Assembly (NCBI RefSeq): GCF_044704955.1
Contig: NC_091999.1
Span: 38,564,001 to 38,628,000 of the forward strand
Origin: Pristiophorus japonicus
Lineage: Eukaryota
Direction: 5' to 3'
Length of the DNA: 64,000 nt
Part shown: positions 48,271 through 59,841 of the stretch, piece by piece
How positions within the stretch are numbered: position 1 is the stretch's first letter
Layout of the letters: every line of letters begins with the position of its first letter
Made by a program: the position numbers and the translations under genes
Notes under the pieces: generated by a model
Seen by the model: the letters and a program-made list of their open reading frames with translations, nothing else
The model's database searches: none
What the model was told of the DNA's origin: nothing

Positions 48271-50223
48271 AAAGGAATGACAAGAGTGTATGCTGTTACA
48301 GGAGGATGTGAGGGGAAACAAACATAATACAAGGGGAAGAGTACATCCGCGATGGACCAGTACGAGATCAAAAAGAATGGAAATATAAGGGGAATATCTT
48401 TATCCGTGTGCTGGAGAGAAGGAAGCCTAACTATAGGCCCTCACCCAGTGGGAGACGGTAGCAAGGATAGCTGCGGGTTTGACAATACTACGAAAGGATG
48501 TGTCATTGGAATAAACCATGCCCGAACCAAACCCACACATTACACCTCTGAAGTGCGAGGAGAATATTGTGTGATAACTAGCCTGGGATCTTATGTTACT
48601 CCAGGAATGTCGGTGGCAGTGAGAAGAGCAAACATGACATGCCAGGAAGAAAATGACATGAAATATAAGCGATGAGATTGAGCAAGATATTGATGTTTAC
48701 ATGGAAGAGCAATTCCCCTGTTATTTGAAGATTTAACTGAGCTCAAGAAATAACATTAAAAGATATCAAGAGCTGAAGGATAAAGCAAAAGATCTGGACA
48801 GTGAAATAAAGGAAAACTTGAAAAACCCGCCTTGGTACATGAGATTATACATCCCTGGATAAGGATCCTTTCCCTTACCCTAGTGTCAGTAAAGATAGTA
48901 ATAGCCTTGAGTTGGTTGGTGATGTTATCTAACAAGTGCAAAGATAGGCAAGGCTTAGCCGAGCAAAGTTACAAGATAGGGATTAGAATTATATCCCATG
49001 TGTTAGTCCTAGTGCTGCTGATAGTGGTGTTGATGCTCCTGGGAGATTGTGCAGGCAGAAACAAGAGATACAGGAAGAAGAGTTTGGCCAAGGCCCGTAA
49101 CCAAGAATGCAGAAAGCCTTTGCTTAAACCAAAGAGGGTTAATCAAACAAAAAGACGGCATGAACACATGATCTGAGTCGTGAGTGTCCCAATCCTATCG
49201 CCTGATAAACGAAACCGAGGCGGGAGACATAGGAATCAGGACAGGATAAGGCAAGGAAAGGGAGATTGTTGTTCATGGTGGGATATTTTTAAGGTCTGGT
49301 CACCTGAAGCCTACGCAGTCCTCAAATCGATGTGGCATTTAATTGAGGTAGTAATGGTCGTGGAAGGGATATGTATCGTGATCCAACTATATGAAAAGCA
49401 AACAGCTTTGTTAATTATGTAATGTAGGCATGATAGGGAGGCGAGTGACTTTGGAACGCGTTAGGGAAACAACCTAGACCCCAGAGCTTATGCACTGTCT
49501 GTACAAAAAGAAAGATGAGTGGCGTGCCAATATCCCAGGGAAATGGTCTGGGGCAGTATGTAAAGACTCCGCAAAAGATGGAACGACAATTGATCCCAGG
49601 GATATGGACTTGATATCATCATTTCGAGCAGATGGCTCAGAACATATATATGGTCAGCAGATTATTTAGAAATAATCAGGGATCAACAGGAGGGACTAAA
49701 AGTGCAGATTACAAATTGTAATTTCAATTAATAATAATAATTGCGATATTTTAAAATGGAATTAACAGGTTTTTAAATTGGAAACCACAGCCTGTTTTTC
49801 AGACTGTGGGAAGCATGTGTGGGATGCCTTCCACAGAGGAGCAGATGTTCCAATTCATAGACCAAAGGCCTTGGGAGCTGGGCACGGACACAAATAACAT
49901 AGAATTTCAATTGTATAACAAAATAAGAGTTAAATAAAAAGAATCATCACAACATGTATTTGGAATTGCCAATTAAGGCATATAGAAGCCAGATTGGAGG
50001 AGGCGCTGTACCAATCAATCATGTATTAATCAATCAGCATGTATTAAATGTAACTTTCGTAATTACTGAATGCTATCATCTGAAACTGTATAAAGTAAGA
50101 TGTCTCTGGCTCTAGTTCGAGCGTTCCTTCAAGAATAGCTTCCCTGCCGGCTTGTATTAATAAAATTTGCATTTACTTTAAGGCTAACAGAATCCTTGTG
50201 GTGGGTTGAAGTTAACCCTAACA
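48270..50223 (+). mobile_element. 3' part of an ERV-like element: degraded env-like region, purine tract, LTR (~49697-50223)
   Basis: Cys-rich ectodomain-like ORF 48352..48675; hydrophobic TM-like segments in ORFs 48832..49176 and 49180..49422; AACAGGAGGGA at 49685-49695; TATAAA 50089; AATAAA 50159; terminal CA 50222-50223. Confidence 0.6.
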
Positions 50224-50225
50224 AT

Positions 50226-50612
50226 GTTAGAGAGAAAGGGAGAGGTGGAGGGGCTCGACGAGGTTAGAGAGATAGGGAGGGGTGTCGGGCTGGAGGAGGG
50301 TACAGAGATAGGGAAGGGTGTAGGGCTGGAGGATGTTACAAAGATATGGAGAGGTGTAGTGGCTCAAGGAGGTTAGAGAGATAGGGAGGGGTGTAGGGCT
50401 GGAGGAGGTTACAGAGATAGGGAGGGCTGTAGGGCTGGAGGAGGTGACAGAGATAGGGAGGGCTGTAGGGCTGGAGGAGGTCACAGTGATAGGGAGGGGT
50501 GTAGGGGCTGGAGGAGGTAACAGAGATAGGGAGGGGTGTAGGGTCTGGAGGTGGTTACAGAGATAGGGAGGGTGTAGGGGCTGGAGGAGGTTACAGAGAT
50601 AGGGAGGGGCGG
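50226..50612 (-). repeat. ~35-bp minisatellite x11 derived from an L2 LINE 3' segment
   Basis: agagatagggaggggtgtagggctggaggaggttac units; the reverse complement resembles the L2 remnant at ~55015-55050 (cctccc...ctctgtaaactcctccagccc). Confidence 0.8.
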
Positions 50613-51009
50613 GGCCATCGAGGGATGTGAACAGGAAGCTGAGAATTTTAAAATCAGCGCCTCACTGGGGCCGAGGAGGGGGGAGATGTGCAGGAACACA
50701 ACCCCCTCACTACCTACCCTGCACTAATACCCATCATCTGTTACATCACCTGGAGTTCCAGCGACACTCCTCACCCTCTCTAATGGTATTTATCCACTCA
50801 CTGCCTCACTCAAAACTTATCTCCCATTGACAGTCCATGTGAGTGCCCTCGTTGTCCCAGAATTGCTCCCCGTGGACACCGACTGACCTTCCCCGTACCT
50901 CCGCCGCCCTCCTCCTGTTCTATGATGGCTGACAAATTCAGGTTGTGTTTCAGTCAGCAAGTGAAAGATCGGGGCGGGGGTGGGGGGTCGATGGGGAGGA
51001 GTCATATAA

Positions 51010-51086
51010 ATTAAAACATGTGGCGGCCGGAGGAAGGGGCTTGCGGGACCATGTCCGGCCCGCGGGCCGTATGTTTGACACCCCTG
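51010..51086. mobile_element. One end of a hAT (Charlie-like) DNA transposon/MITE
   Basis: ccggcccgcgggccg...gtttgacacccctg (TIR CAGGGGTGTCAAAC at 51073-51086); partner TIR not found. Confidence 0.55.
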
Positions 51087-51099
51087 ATCTACACTGTCA

Positions 51100-54050
51100 A
51101 GCCCTGTAAGAATTGTGTATGTTTTAAATAGAGATCACCTCTCATTCTTCTAACCTGTACAGAATATAGGCCTCGTCTACTCAATCTCTCCTCACAGGAC
51201 AATCCCTCCATCCCAGGAATCATTCTGGCGAACCTTCGTTGCCATCCTCAATGGTAAGTACATCCTTCCTTACGTAAGCAATCAAAACTGTACACAATAC
51301 TCCAGGTGTAGTCTGACGAGGGCCCTATATAATTGCAGTAAGATGTCGAGGAGCAAGTTATTATTTAAATGGAGAAATATTGCAATGTGCCGCAATAGAG
51401 CAGGCCCTGGGGTTACTTGTGCATGAAACACTAACGGATAGTATGCAGGTATAGCAAGTGATCAGGAGGGCCAATGGTATTTTGACCTTTTTTGCAAAGG
51501 AGATGGAGTAGAAAAGCGGGGAAGTCTTGCTGCAGCTATATAAGGTTTTGGTGAGGCCACACCTGGAATACTGCATGCAGTTTTGTTTTCCATATTTACG
51601 AAAGGATATAATTGCTTTGGAGGCAGTTCAGAGAAGGTGCACTAGGTTGATACAAGGGATCAGCAGGTTGACTTATGAGGAAAGGTTGAGTACTTTGGGC
51701 CTCTACTCATTGGAATTCCGAAGAATGAGAAGTGATCTTATCGAAACGTATAAGATTATGAGGGGCCTTGACAAGTTGGATGCAGAGCTGATGTTTCCAC
51801 TGATGGGGGATGACTCGAACAAGAGGGCATGATCTTAGAAGAAGGGGCCGCCCATTTAAAACAGAAGAGGATCAATTTCTTCTCTCGGAGGATTGTAAAT
51901 CTGTCGAACTCGCTGCCTGAGAGAGCTGTGGAAGCTGGGACATTAAATAAATTTGAGACAGAAATAATTTCTTTCAATGATAAGGGGATAAGGGGTTATG
52001 GAGAGCGGGCGGTTGAGTGGAGCTGAGTCTATGATCAGATCAGCCATGATCTCATTGAATGGCGGAGCAGGCTCGAGGGGCCGTATGGCCTTCTCCAGTT
52101 CCTATTTCTTATTTTCCTGTTCTTATGTTTACTATTATCCTCAACTACTCTTGTACTAAAGGCCGACATACCATTTCTTTTCTTAATTGCTTGCTGTGCC
52201 TGCATGTTAACTTTCATTGATTCGTGTACAAGGACACCAAGGTCCCTCTGAACAGCAACATTTCCCAATATCTCACCATTTCAAGTAGCTGTTACCAGTC
52301 TATTTTCCTGGTCTATCATTGTCCTTTTCCATAACTACGCTAAATCTAGGAGAATTACGATCAATAGCACCAATGCTCTCCCACTGATACCCCTTACACC
52401 TGCCCAGCTTAAGTCCCTAATACTAAGTACAGAACTTCCCCCTCTCTTGCTGGGCTTGCTACATACTGACTAAAAGGTTCAGCTGGTTGCTGACCCCTCT
52501 GCGAATGTAAATAGGTCCTTCCTATCCATTCCATCTAGGCCCCTCATTATTTTATATACCTCATTAACGTCTGAGCTCAGCCTCCTCTGTTCCAAAGAAA
52601 ACAAACTATTAAGAGGATTGGTGTGCTGGAGAAGGTTACAGTAATAGGGAAGGGTGAGACCCTGGAGAGATTTGAACACGAGAATGTGTATTTTAAAGGT
52701 TGATGCCATCAGCCATCTCGCCCAGCACAGAATTTAAACCACTACCAACAGGAAGGATGTTATATTTACTACTACAAATGCATAATGAGAGGAAATCAAT
52801 CTCTGTCCATTAACTACAGCGACATGGAAAGAGGGAATGAATGATCTTTAAATACCTGGTCCACTTGGCACTGAAGTGTCTGTTGACAGATACTCACGCG
52901 ATAGGCCGACTCAGGATCCACCCCTCAAGCACCGTGATTGGTTGCAGAATACGTTGCTCCCTGGACCCTCCGGACTCTGGCCTCTCTTCCTGTTGGTTCC
53001 CAGGGCAATCAATCACCACTCGCCAACATGACACTGCCACATTAAGTTGAGGGGCTCGGAGGAAGAAATAAAATGAGGCCGTGAATCTGAGTTGAGAAAT
53101 AAAATTAGAAAAGCATGATTAAATGAACAAGGAGAGACAATATAAACTAAAGGATACAATCCTAAAGAGTATGCATGAACAGGGTGATCTGCGGGTATAT
53201 GTGGACAAATCGCTGAAGATGGCAGAACAGGTTGGGAAAGCAGTTAAAAAAGCTTGCAGGATCCTGGGCATCACAGAGTACAAAAGCAAGGATGTTATGA
53301 TGAACCTTTGTAAAACACTGGTTGGGTCTCAACTGGAGCATTATTTCCAATTCTGGGCACCGCAGATTAGGATGTGATGGCCTGAGAGAGGGTGCAGAAA
53401 AGATTGACAAGAATGATTCACGAGATGAGGGACTTCAGTTACGTGGATTGACTGGAGAAGCTTGGGTTGTTCTCGTTGGAGCAGAGAAGTTTGCGAGGAG
53501 AGTTGATCGAGGTGTTCAAAATCATGAGGGGTACGGACAGAGTAGATAGAGAGATACTGTTCGCATTGGTGGAGGGGTCGAGAACCAGAGGAGACGGATT
53601 TAAAGTGGATGAGCAGAAGAACCAAAGACAATGAAAGAAAATCTATTTTATGCAGTGAGTCTTTAGGATCTGGAAAGCACGGCCTGGTTGGTGGAGGCAA
53701 ACTCAATCACAGCTTTCAAAAGCCAATTGGATAAGTATCTGAAAGAAAACATTTGCCGACCGGGGGTAAAGGGCGGGCAATGGGACTAGCTAGGAGCCGG
53801 CAAAAGCTCGACGAGCCGAATGGCCTTCCGTGCTGTAACCATTCTCTGATTGTGTGAGCAGAACCATTCTGTTCGCTGACTCAATCTAACGCCTTCCTAA
53901 GTTTGAACACCTCTGTTAAACCTGTCTACCTCAGCCTTAATTAAATTCAATGACCCAGCCTCCACAGCTCGCTGGGGCAGAGAATGCCATAGATTACAAC
54001 CCTCTGAGAGAAGAAATTCCTTCTCATCTTTGTTTTAAATGGTCTGAGGA
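51100..54050. mobile_element. Patchwork of CR1 3' fragments in both orientations
   Basis: RT remnants on + at ~51350-52130 (ORF 51527..51832) and ~53110-53855, and on - at ~51100-51345, 52130-52285, 52480-52610 and 53930-54045. Confidence 0.8.
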
Positions 54051-54659
54051 GAAAAACTGCATTTGTAAACAGAACTGGATTTACTGGGATTGCTTTGGGA
54101 ACTGAACCATGTTCATTCTGGCAGCTCTTGTTTGTTTCTGATTATCTTAATAACGCCTATATATGAGATGGAGATTAATATCTTGTATAAATGTTGAACA
54201 AATTCTCTTCGTTTCAAACACAGTGTGTCGAATATTTGATTGCTCCATGATCAGAGGAGACTAATTGATATTCTGTTACCGACTGTTCCATTTTAGTGCT
54301 TTTTCTTAATCTCACTTACATCACTCCTCAGCTAGTTCACCTTCTATTATATCAAACTCCAAACTTGTTCCGTTTGAGTACACGAGTTGTAGTTGTAGTA
54401 GACTTAATTGCAGAGTCTTACTTTAAACTCAGCTGAAATCCTTTGAACCGCCCCTTTATTGAACTGCCTTGCATAAGATTTGAAATCCGTTGCTTTCTGT
54501 AACCTGGTTTTGGAACCAATTGAATTTTAAAATGCATCCACACATTTTGCACGTGATAGCCTGTTAAATATTCTGATATTTGTAATTGTCATTTCCACAA
54601 ACGCAGCTCCCTAGCCACTGACTCAATCCCTCTCCCCAACTTGTGTCTGTGCCTGAACC

Positions 54660-55190
54660 GGACTGTTTGCAAACTTGGTGCCATACTTAACTCTGAAGTA
54701 TGTGTTTGACCACATATCCACAGCATAATTAAGAATGCATATTTCCACCTCTGTAACATCGCCGTTGCCTCAGCTCATCCGCTGCTGACCCGTCATCCCT
54801 GCCTTTGTTTCTTCTGGACTTGACTATTCCAACGCATTCCTGCCACATTCTCACCTGCATAAATTAGTGTTGATCCAAAATTCTGTTGCCCATGTCCGAA
54901 CTCTCACCAAGTCCAACTCACACATCAGCCCTCTGCTCGCTGAACTACATTCGATTCTGGTTCAGCAACGCCTTGATTTCAACATTCTAATGCATTTTCA
55001 AAACTCTCCATAGCCTCGCCCCTCCCGAGCTCTGTAAACTCCTCCAGCCCCAACCAGCACCACACCGCCCACCCATGAGATATCTGTCTTCCTGAGCATC
55101 CCTGATTATAATTGTTCAACCATTGATGGCTTTGGTGGCTGTGCCTTGTGTTGCCAAGGCCCCAAGTTCTGGAAAACCCAGCCTATACCT
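54660..55190 (+). mobile_element. L2 (LINE2) 3' fragment
   Basis: Degenerate NLG...PHIHSIIKNAYFHLCNIA...AFVSSGLDYSNA motif series typical of the L2 ORF2 C-terminus. Confidence 0.7.
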
Positions 55191-55736
55191 TTCTGTCTAA
55201 CCCGTGCTGTACCTGCCCTAGCAGTTATTGATTGGATAGTGGAGAGCAAGTTTTTCTCTCTATCTACTCCGTGCTGATTCTTTCCACGGAGTGTTTAACA
55301 GGAGAATGCAGGGTGAGCTTTACTCAGTATCTAACCCGTGTTGTTTCTCCCCTGGGTGTGTTTGATGGATAGTGTCAGGGAGCTTTACATTGTATGTAAC
55401 CCGTGCTATACCTGCGCTGGGAGTATTTGATGGGTCAGTGTTGCAGGAGTTGTACTCTATATTTAACCCATGCCGTAACTGTGATGGGAGTGTTTGATGG
55501 ATCAGTCTATGGGGAGCTTTACTGTCTGACTAACCCCTGCTGCGCCTATTGTGCGAGTGTTTGATGGGACAGTGCAGCGGGAGTTGAATTCTGTATCTAA
55601 CCAATGTTGTACCTACCCTGGGAGTGTTTGGGACAGGCGAGAGGGAGATTTAACCTTCAATAACCAAAGCTGCATCTGCCTGGGAATGTCTGGTGAGACA
55701 TTGTAGAGGGAGCTTTACTCTGCATCTAACCTGTGA

Positions 55737-56395
55737 AATCATCATCATCATCATCATAGGCAGTCCCTTTGAATCGAGGAAGACTTGCTTCCACACCTGA
55801 AGTGATTAATTTGGTGACTGAACAGTCTAATACGAGAGCCACAGACTCTGCCACAGGTGGGACAGATAGTCGTTGAAGGAAGGGGTGAGTGGGACTGGTT
55901 TGCAGCACGCTCTTTCCACTGCCTACACATGTTTTCTGCATGCGCTTGGCGATGAGACTCCCGGATGTACTTCCTCCACTAAGGGTGGTCTTTGGCCAGG
56001 GACTCCCAGATGTCAGTGGGGATCTCGCATTTTATCAGGGAGGCTTTGAGGGTGTTCTTGTAACGTTTCCGCTGCCCACCTTTGGCTCATTTTCCGTGAA
56101 GAAGTTCCGCATAGAGGACTTGCTTTGGGAGTCTCGTGTCTGGCATGCGAACTATGTGGTCTGCGCAGCGGAGCTAATCGAGTGTGGTCAGTGCTTCAAT
56201 GCTGGGGCTGTTAGCCTGGTCTAGGAAGCTAATGTTGGTGTGCCTGTACTGCCAGGTGATTTGTAGGATTTTGCGGAGACATTGTTGGTGATATATCTCC
56301 AATGAGAAAAAGTGTCTACTGTACATTGTCCATGCCTCTGAGACATACAGGAGGGCGGGTATTACTACAGCCCTGTAGACCATGAGCTTGGTCGT
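55737..56395 (-). mobile_element. RTE (BovB-like) LINE 3' fragment
   Basis: (ATC)n tail; TKLMVYRAVVIPALLYVSEAWT...HQQCLRKILQITWQ...TN RTE C-terminal motifs. Confidence 0.88.
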
Positions 56396-56483
56396 ACCTG
56401 CCCAGTGAATGGTTAATGAGACAGTGAAGAGGAAACTTATCTCTGTCTCCAACCCACGCTGTATCTGTCCTGGGAGTGTTTGA

Positions 56484-59400
56484 TAAGAACATAAGAACAT
56501 AAGAATTAGGAACAGGAGTAGGCCATCGAGCCCCTCGAGCATGCTCCGCCATTTAACAAGATCACGGCTGATCTGGCCGTGTACTCAGCTCCACTTACCC
56601 GCCAGCTCCCCATAATCCTTAATTACCTTATTAGTTAAATATCTATCTATCTGTGATTTGAATATATTCAATGAGCTTGCCTCAACTGTTTCCTTGGGCA
56701 GAGAATTCCACAGATTCACAATTCTCTGGGAGAAGAAATTCCTTCTCAACTCGGTTTTAAATTGGCTCCCCCGTATTTTGAGGCTGTGCCCCCTAGGTCT
56801 CGTCTCCCCGACCAGTGGAAACAACCTCACTGCTTCTATCTTGTCTATCCCTTTCATTATTTTAAATTTTTCTATAAGATCAACCCTCATCCTTCTGGTC
56901 CCCAACGAGAAAAGACCCAGTCTGCTCAATCTATCATCATAAGATAACACCCTCATCTCCGGAATCAGCCGAGTGAATCGTTTCGGTACTCCCTCCAAAG
57001 CTAGTGTATCCTTCCTTAAGTCAGGTGACCAAAACTGCACGCAGTACTCCAGGTGCGGCCTCACCAATACCCTGTACAGCTGCAGCAGGACCTCCCTGCT
57101 TTTGTACTCCATCCCTCTCGCAATGAAGGCCAACATTCCATTCGCCTTCCTGATTACTTGCTGCACCTGCAAACTAACTTTATGGGATTCATGCACAAGG
57201 ACCCCCAGGTTCCTCTGCACCGTAGCATGTTGTAATTTCTTCCCATTCAAATAATATTCCCTTTTCCTGTTTTTTTTCCAAGAAGAATGACCTCACATTT
57301 TCCGACATTGTATTCCATCTGCAAAACCTTAGCCCATTCGCTTAACCTATCTAAATCTCTTTGCAGCCTCTCTTTGTCGTCTACACAACCCGCTTTTCCA
57401 CTAATCTTTGTGTCATCTGCAAATGTTGTTGCACTACACTCTGTCCCCTCTTCCAGGTCATGTATGTATATTGTAAACAGTTGTGGTCCCAGCACCGATC
57501 CATGTGGCACATCGCTAACCACCGATTTCCAACCAGAAAAGGACCCATTTATCCCAACTCTCTGCTTTCTGCTCGCCGGCCAATTCTTGATCCATGCTAA
57601 TACATTTTCTCTGACTCCGTGTACCTCTATCTTCTGCAGTAACCTTTTGTGTGGCACCTTATCGAATGCCTTTTGGAAATCTAAATACACCACATCAATC
57701 GGTACACCTCTATCCACCATGCTCGTTATATCCTCAATGAATTCCAGTAGATTAGTTAAACATGATTTCCCCTTCATGAATCCATGTTGCGTCTGCTTGA
57801 TTGCACTATTTCTATCTAGATGTCCCGCTATTTCTTCCTTAATGATAGCTTCAAGCATTTTCCCCACTACAGATGTTAAACTAACCGGCCTTTCGTTAAC
57901 TGCCTTTTGTCTGCCCCCTTTCTTAAACAGAGGCGTTATATTAGCTGCTTTCCAATCGGCTGGTACCTCCGCAGAGTCCAGAGAATTTTGGTAGATTATA
58001 ACAAATGCATCTGCTATAACTTCCGCCATCTCTTTTAATACCCTGGGATGCATTTCATCAGGACCAGGGGACTTGTCTACCTTGAGTTCCATTACCCTGT
58101 CCAGCACTACCCTCATGTGATAGAGATTATCTCAAAGGCCTCCCTTCCCACATTCCCGTGACCAGCAATTTTTGGCATTGTTTTTCTGTCTTCCACTGTG
58201 AAAACCGAAGCAAAATAATTGTTGAAGGTCTCAGCCATTTCCACATTTCCCTCCATTAAATCCCCCTTCTCATCTTCTAAGGGACGAACATTTAGTTTAG
58301 TCACTCTTTTCCGTTTTATATATCGGTAAAACCTTTTTTTTTCCGTTTTTATGTTTTGTGCAAGTTTACTGTCGTAATCTATCTTTCCGTTCTTTATTGC
58401 TTTCTTTGTCATTCTTTGCTGTCGTTTAAACTTTTCCCAATCTTCTGGTTTCCCACTAACCTTGGCCAACTTTTCGGCATTGGATTTTAATTTGATACTC
58501 TCCTTTATTTCCTTGGTTATCCACCGCTGGTTATCCCTTCTCTTTCCACCCTTCTTTTTCACTGGAATATACTTTTGCTGAGTACTATGAAAGAGCTCTT
58601 TAAAAGTCCTCCACTGTTTCTCAATTGTGCAACCGTTTAGCTGTGTTTCCAGTCGACTTTAGCCATCTCTGCCCTCATCTCACTGTGGTCCCCTTTGTTT
58701 AAGCATTGTACGCTTGTTTGAGACACTACTTCCTCACCCTCAATCTGTATTAAAAATTCAACCATACTGTGCTCACTCATTCCGAGAGGATCTTTTACGA
58801 GGAGATCGTTTATTATTCCTGTCTCATTACACAGGGCCAGATCTAAGATAGCTTTCTCCCTTGCAGGTTTTGTAACATACTGTACTAAGAAGCAATCCCG
58901 TATGCATGCTATTAATTCCTCCTGAAGGCTACCCTGTCCGATTTGATTTGACCAATCGAAATGTAGGTTAAAATCTCCATGATTACTACCGTTCCTTTTT
59001 CACATGCCTCCATTGTTCCCTTGATTACTGTCCGCCCCACCGTGAAGTTATTATTTGGGGGCCTATAAACTACGCACACCAGTGACTTTTTCCCCTTATT
59101 ATCTCTAATCTCTCAAAACTGCCCTGATATCATCCTTTATTAATAGAGCTACACCACCTCCTTTCCCTTCTTGTCTATCTTTCCGAATTGTCAGATACCC
59201 CTGTATGTTTAATTCCCAGTCTTGCAGACCCCTGCAACCACGTTTCTGTAATGGCCACCAAATCATACCCATTTGTAATGATTTGTGCCGTCAACTCATT
59301 TACTTTATTTCGAATGCTGCGTGCGTTTAGGTAGAGTGCTTTAATGCTAGTTTTTGAACCATAATTTTTAGTTTTGACCCATCCTGCAGCCCCTTTATAT

Positions 59401-59605
59401 TTATACATATTGTCCCTTCCTATCACCTTGTGGTTTACACTGACCCGCGTGCTGCTCTGCTCTGTTGCCTCCTGCCTTTTGCATTATTTATTGGGGTCCT
59501 GTTCATCTGAGCTCTCCCCCAATCTAACTAGCTCAGAGCCCTCTTTTGGGTTCCGAATACTCCTCGCATTGAGGCACCGAGCGTTCATGCTTGCCTTTTT
59601 ATTAT
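56484..59605 (-). mobile_element. CR1 LINE, nearly whole ORF2, frameshifted
   Basis: ORFs 56585..57250, 57247..58116, 58113..58562 and 59175..59426 (endonuclease to RT); (TAAGAACA)n tail. Confidence 0.93.
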
Positions 59606-59841
59606 AGTGGTACAGTGTAGAGGGAGCTTTACTCTGTATCTCACCCGTGCTGCACCTGTACTGCGAATATCCGCTGGAACAGTATAGAGGGAGATTTTCT
59701 CGACATCTAACAGATCTGTATCTGCCCTGGAATGGCTGGGACAAGTTAGAGGCAGATGTAGTCTGTGTCTACCCTGTGCTGTACTTGCACTGGAAACGTT
59801 TGGTGTCACAGTATAGAGGGAGCTTTATTCTATATTTAACC

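Larger units (their letters stand above)
55190..59841 (+). repeat. ~61-bp satellite array broken by RTE and CR1 insertions (satellite at 55190-55735, 56395-56483, 59608-59841)
   Basis: Same unit as in the J-C intron; the unit register resumes after each insertion. Confidence 0.85.

Noticed and set aside
34887-50172. Perfect octamers ATTTGCAT at 34887-34894 and 50165-50172 as Ig 3' enhancers
   Set aside because: Both lie inside retroelement remnants with no supporting motif cluster; two hits in 64 kb is about chance expectation.
33475-50223. The 5' ERV remnant and the 3' env/LTR remnant as two ends of one provirus
   Set aside because: I see no sequence similarity between the two putative LTRs and no pol between them; treated as separate elements pending alignment.
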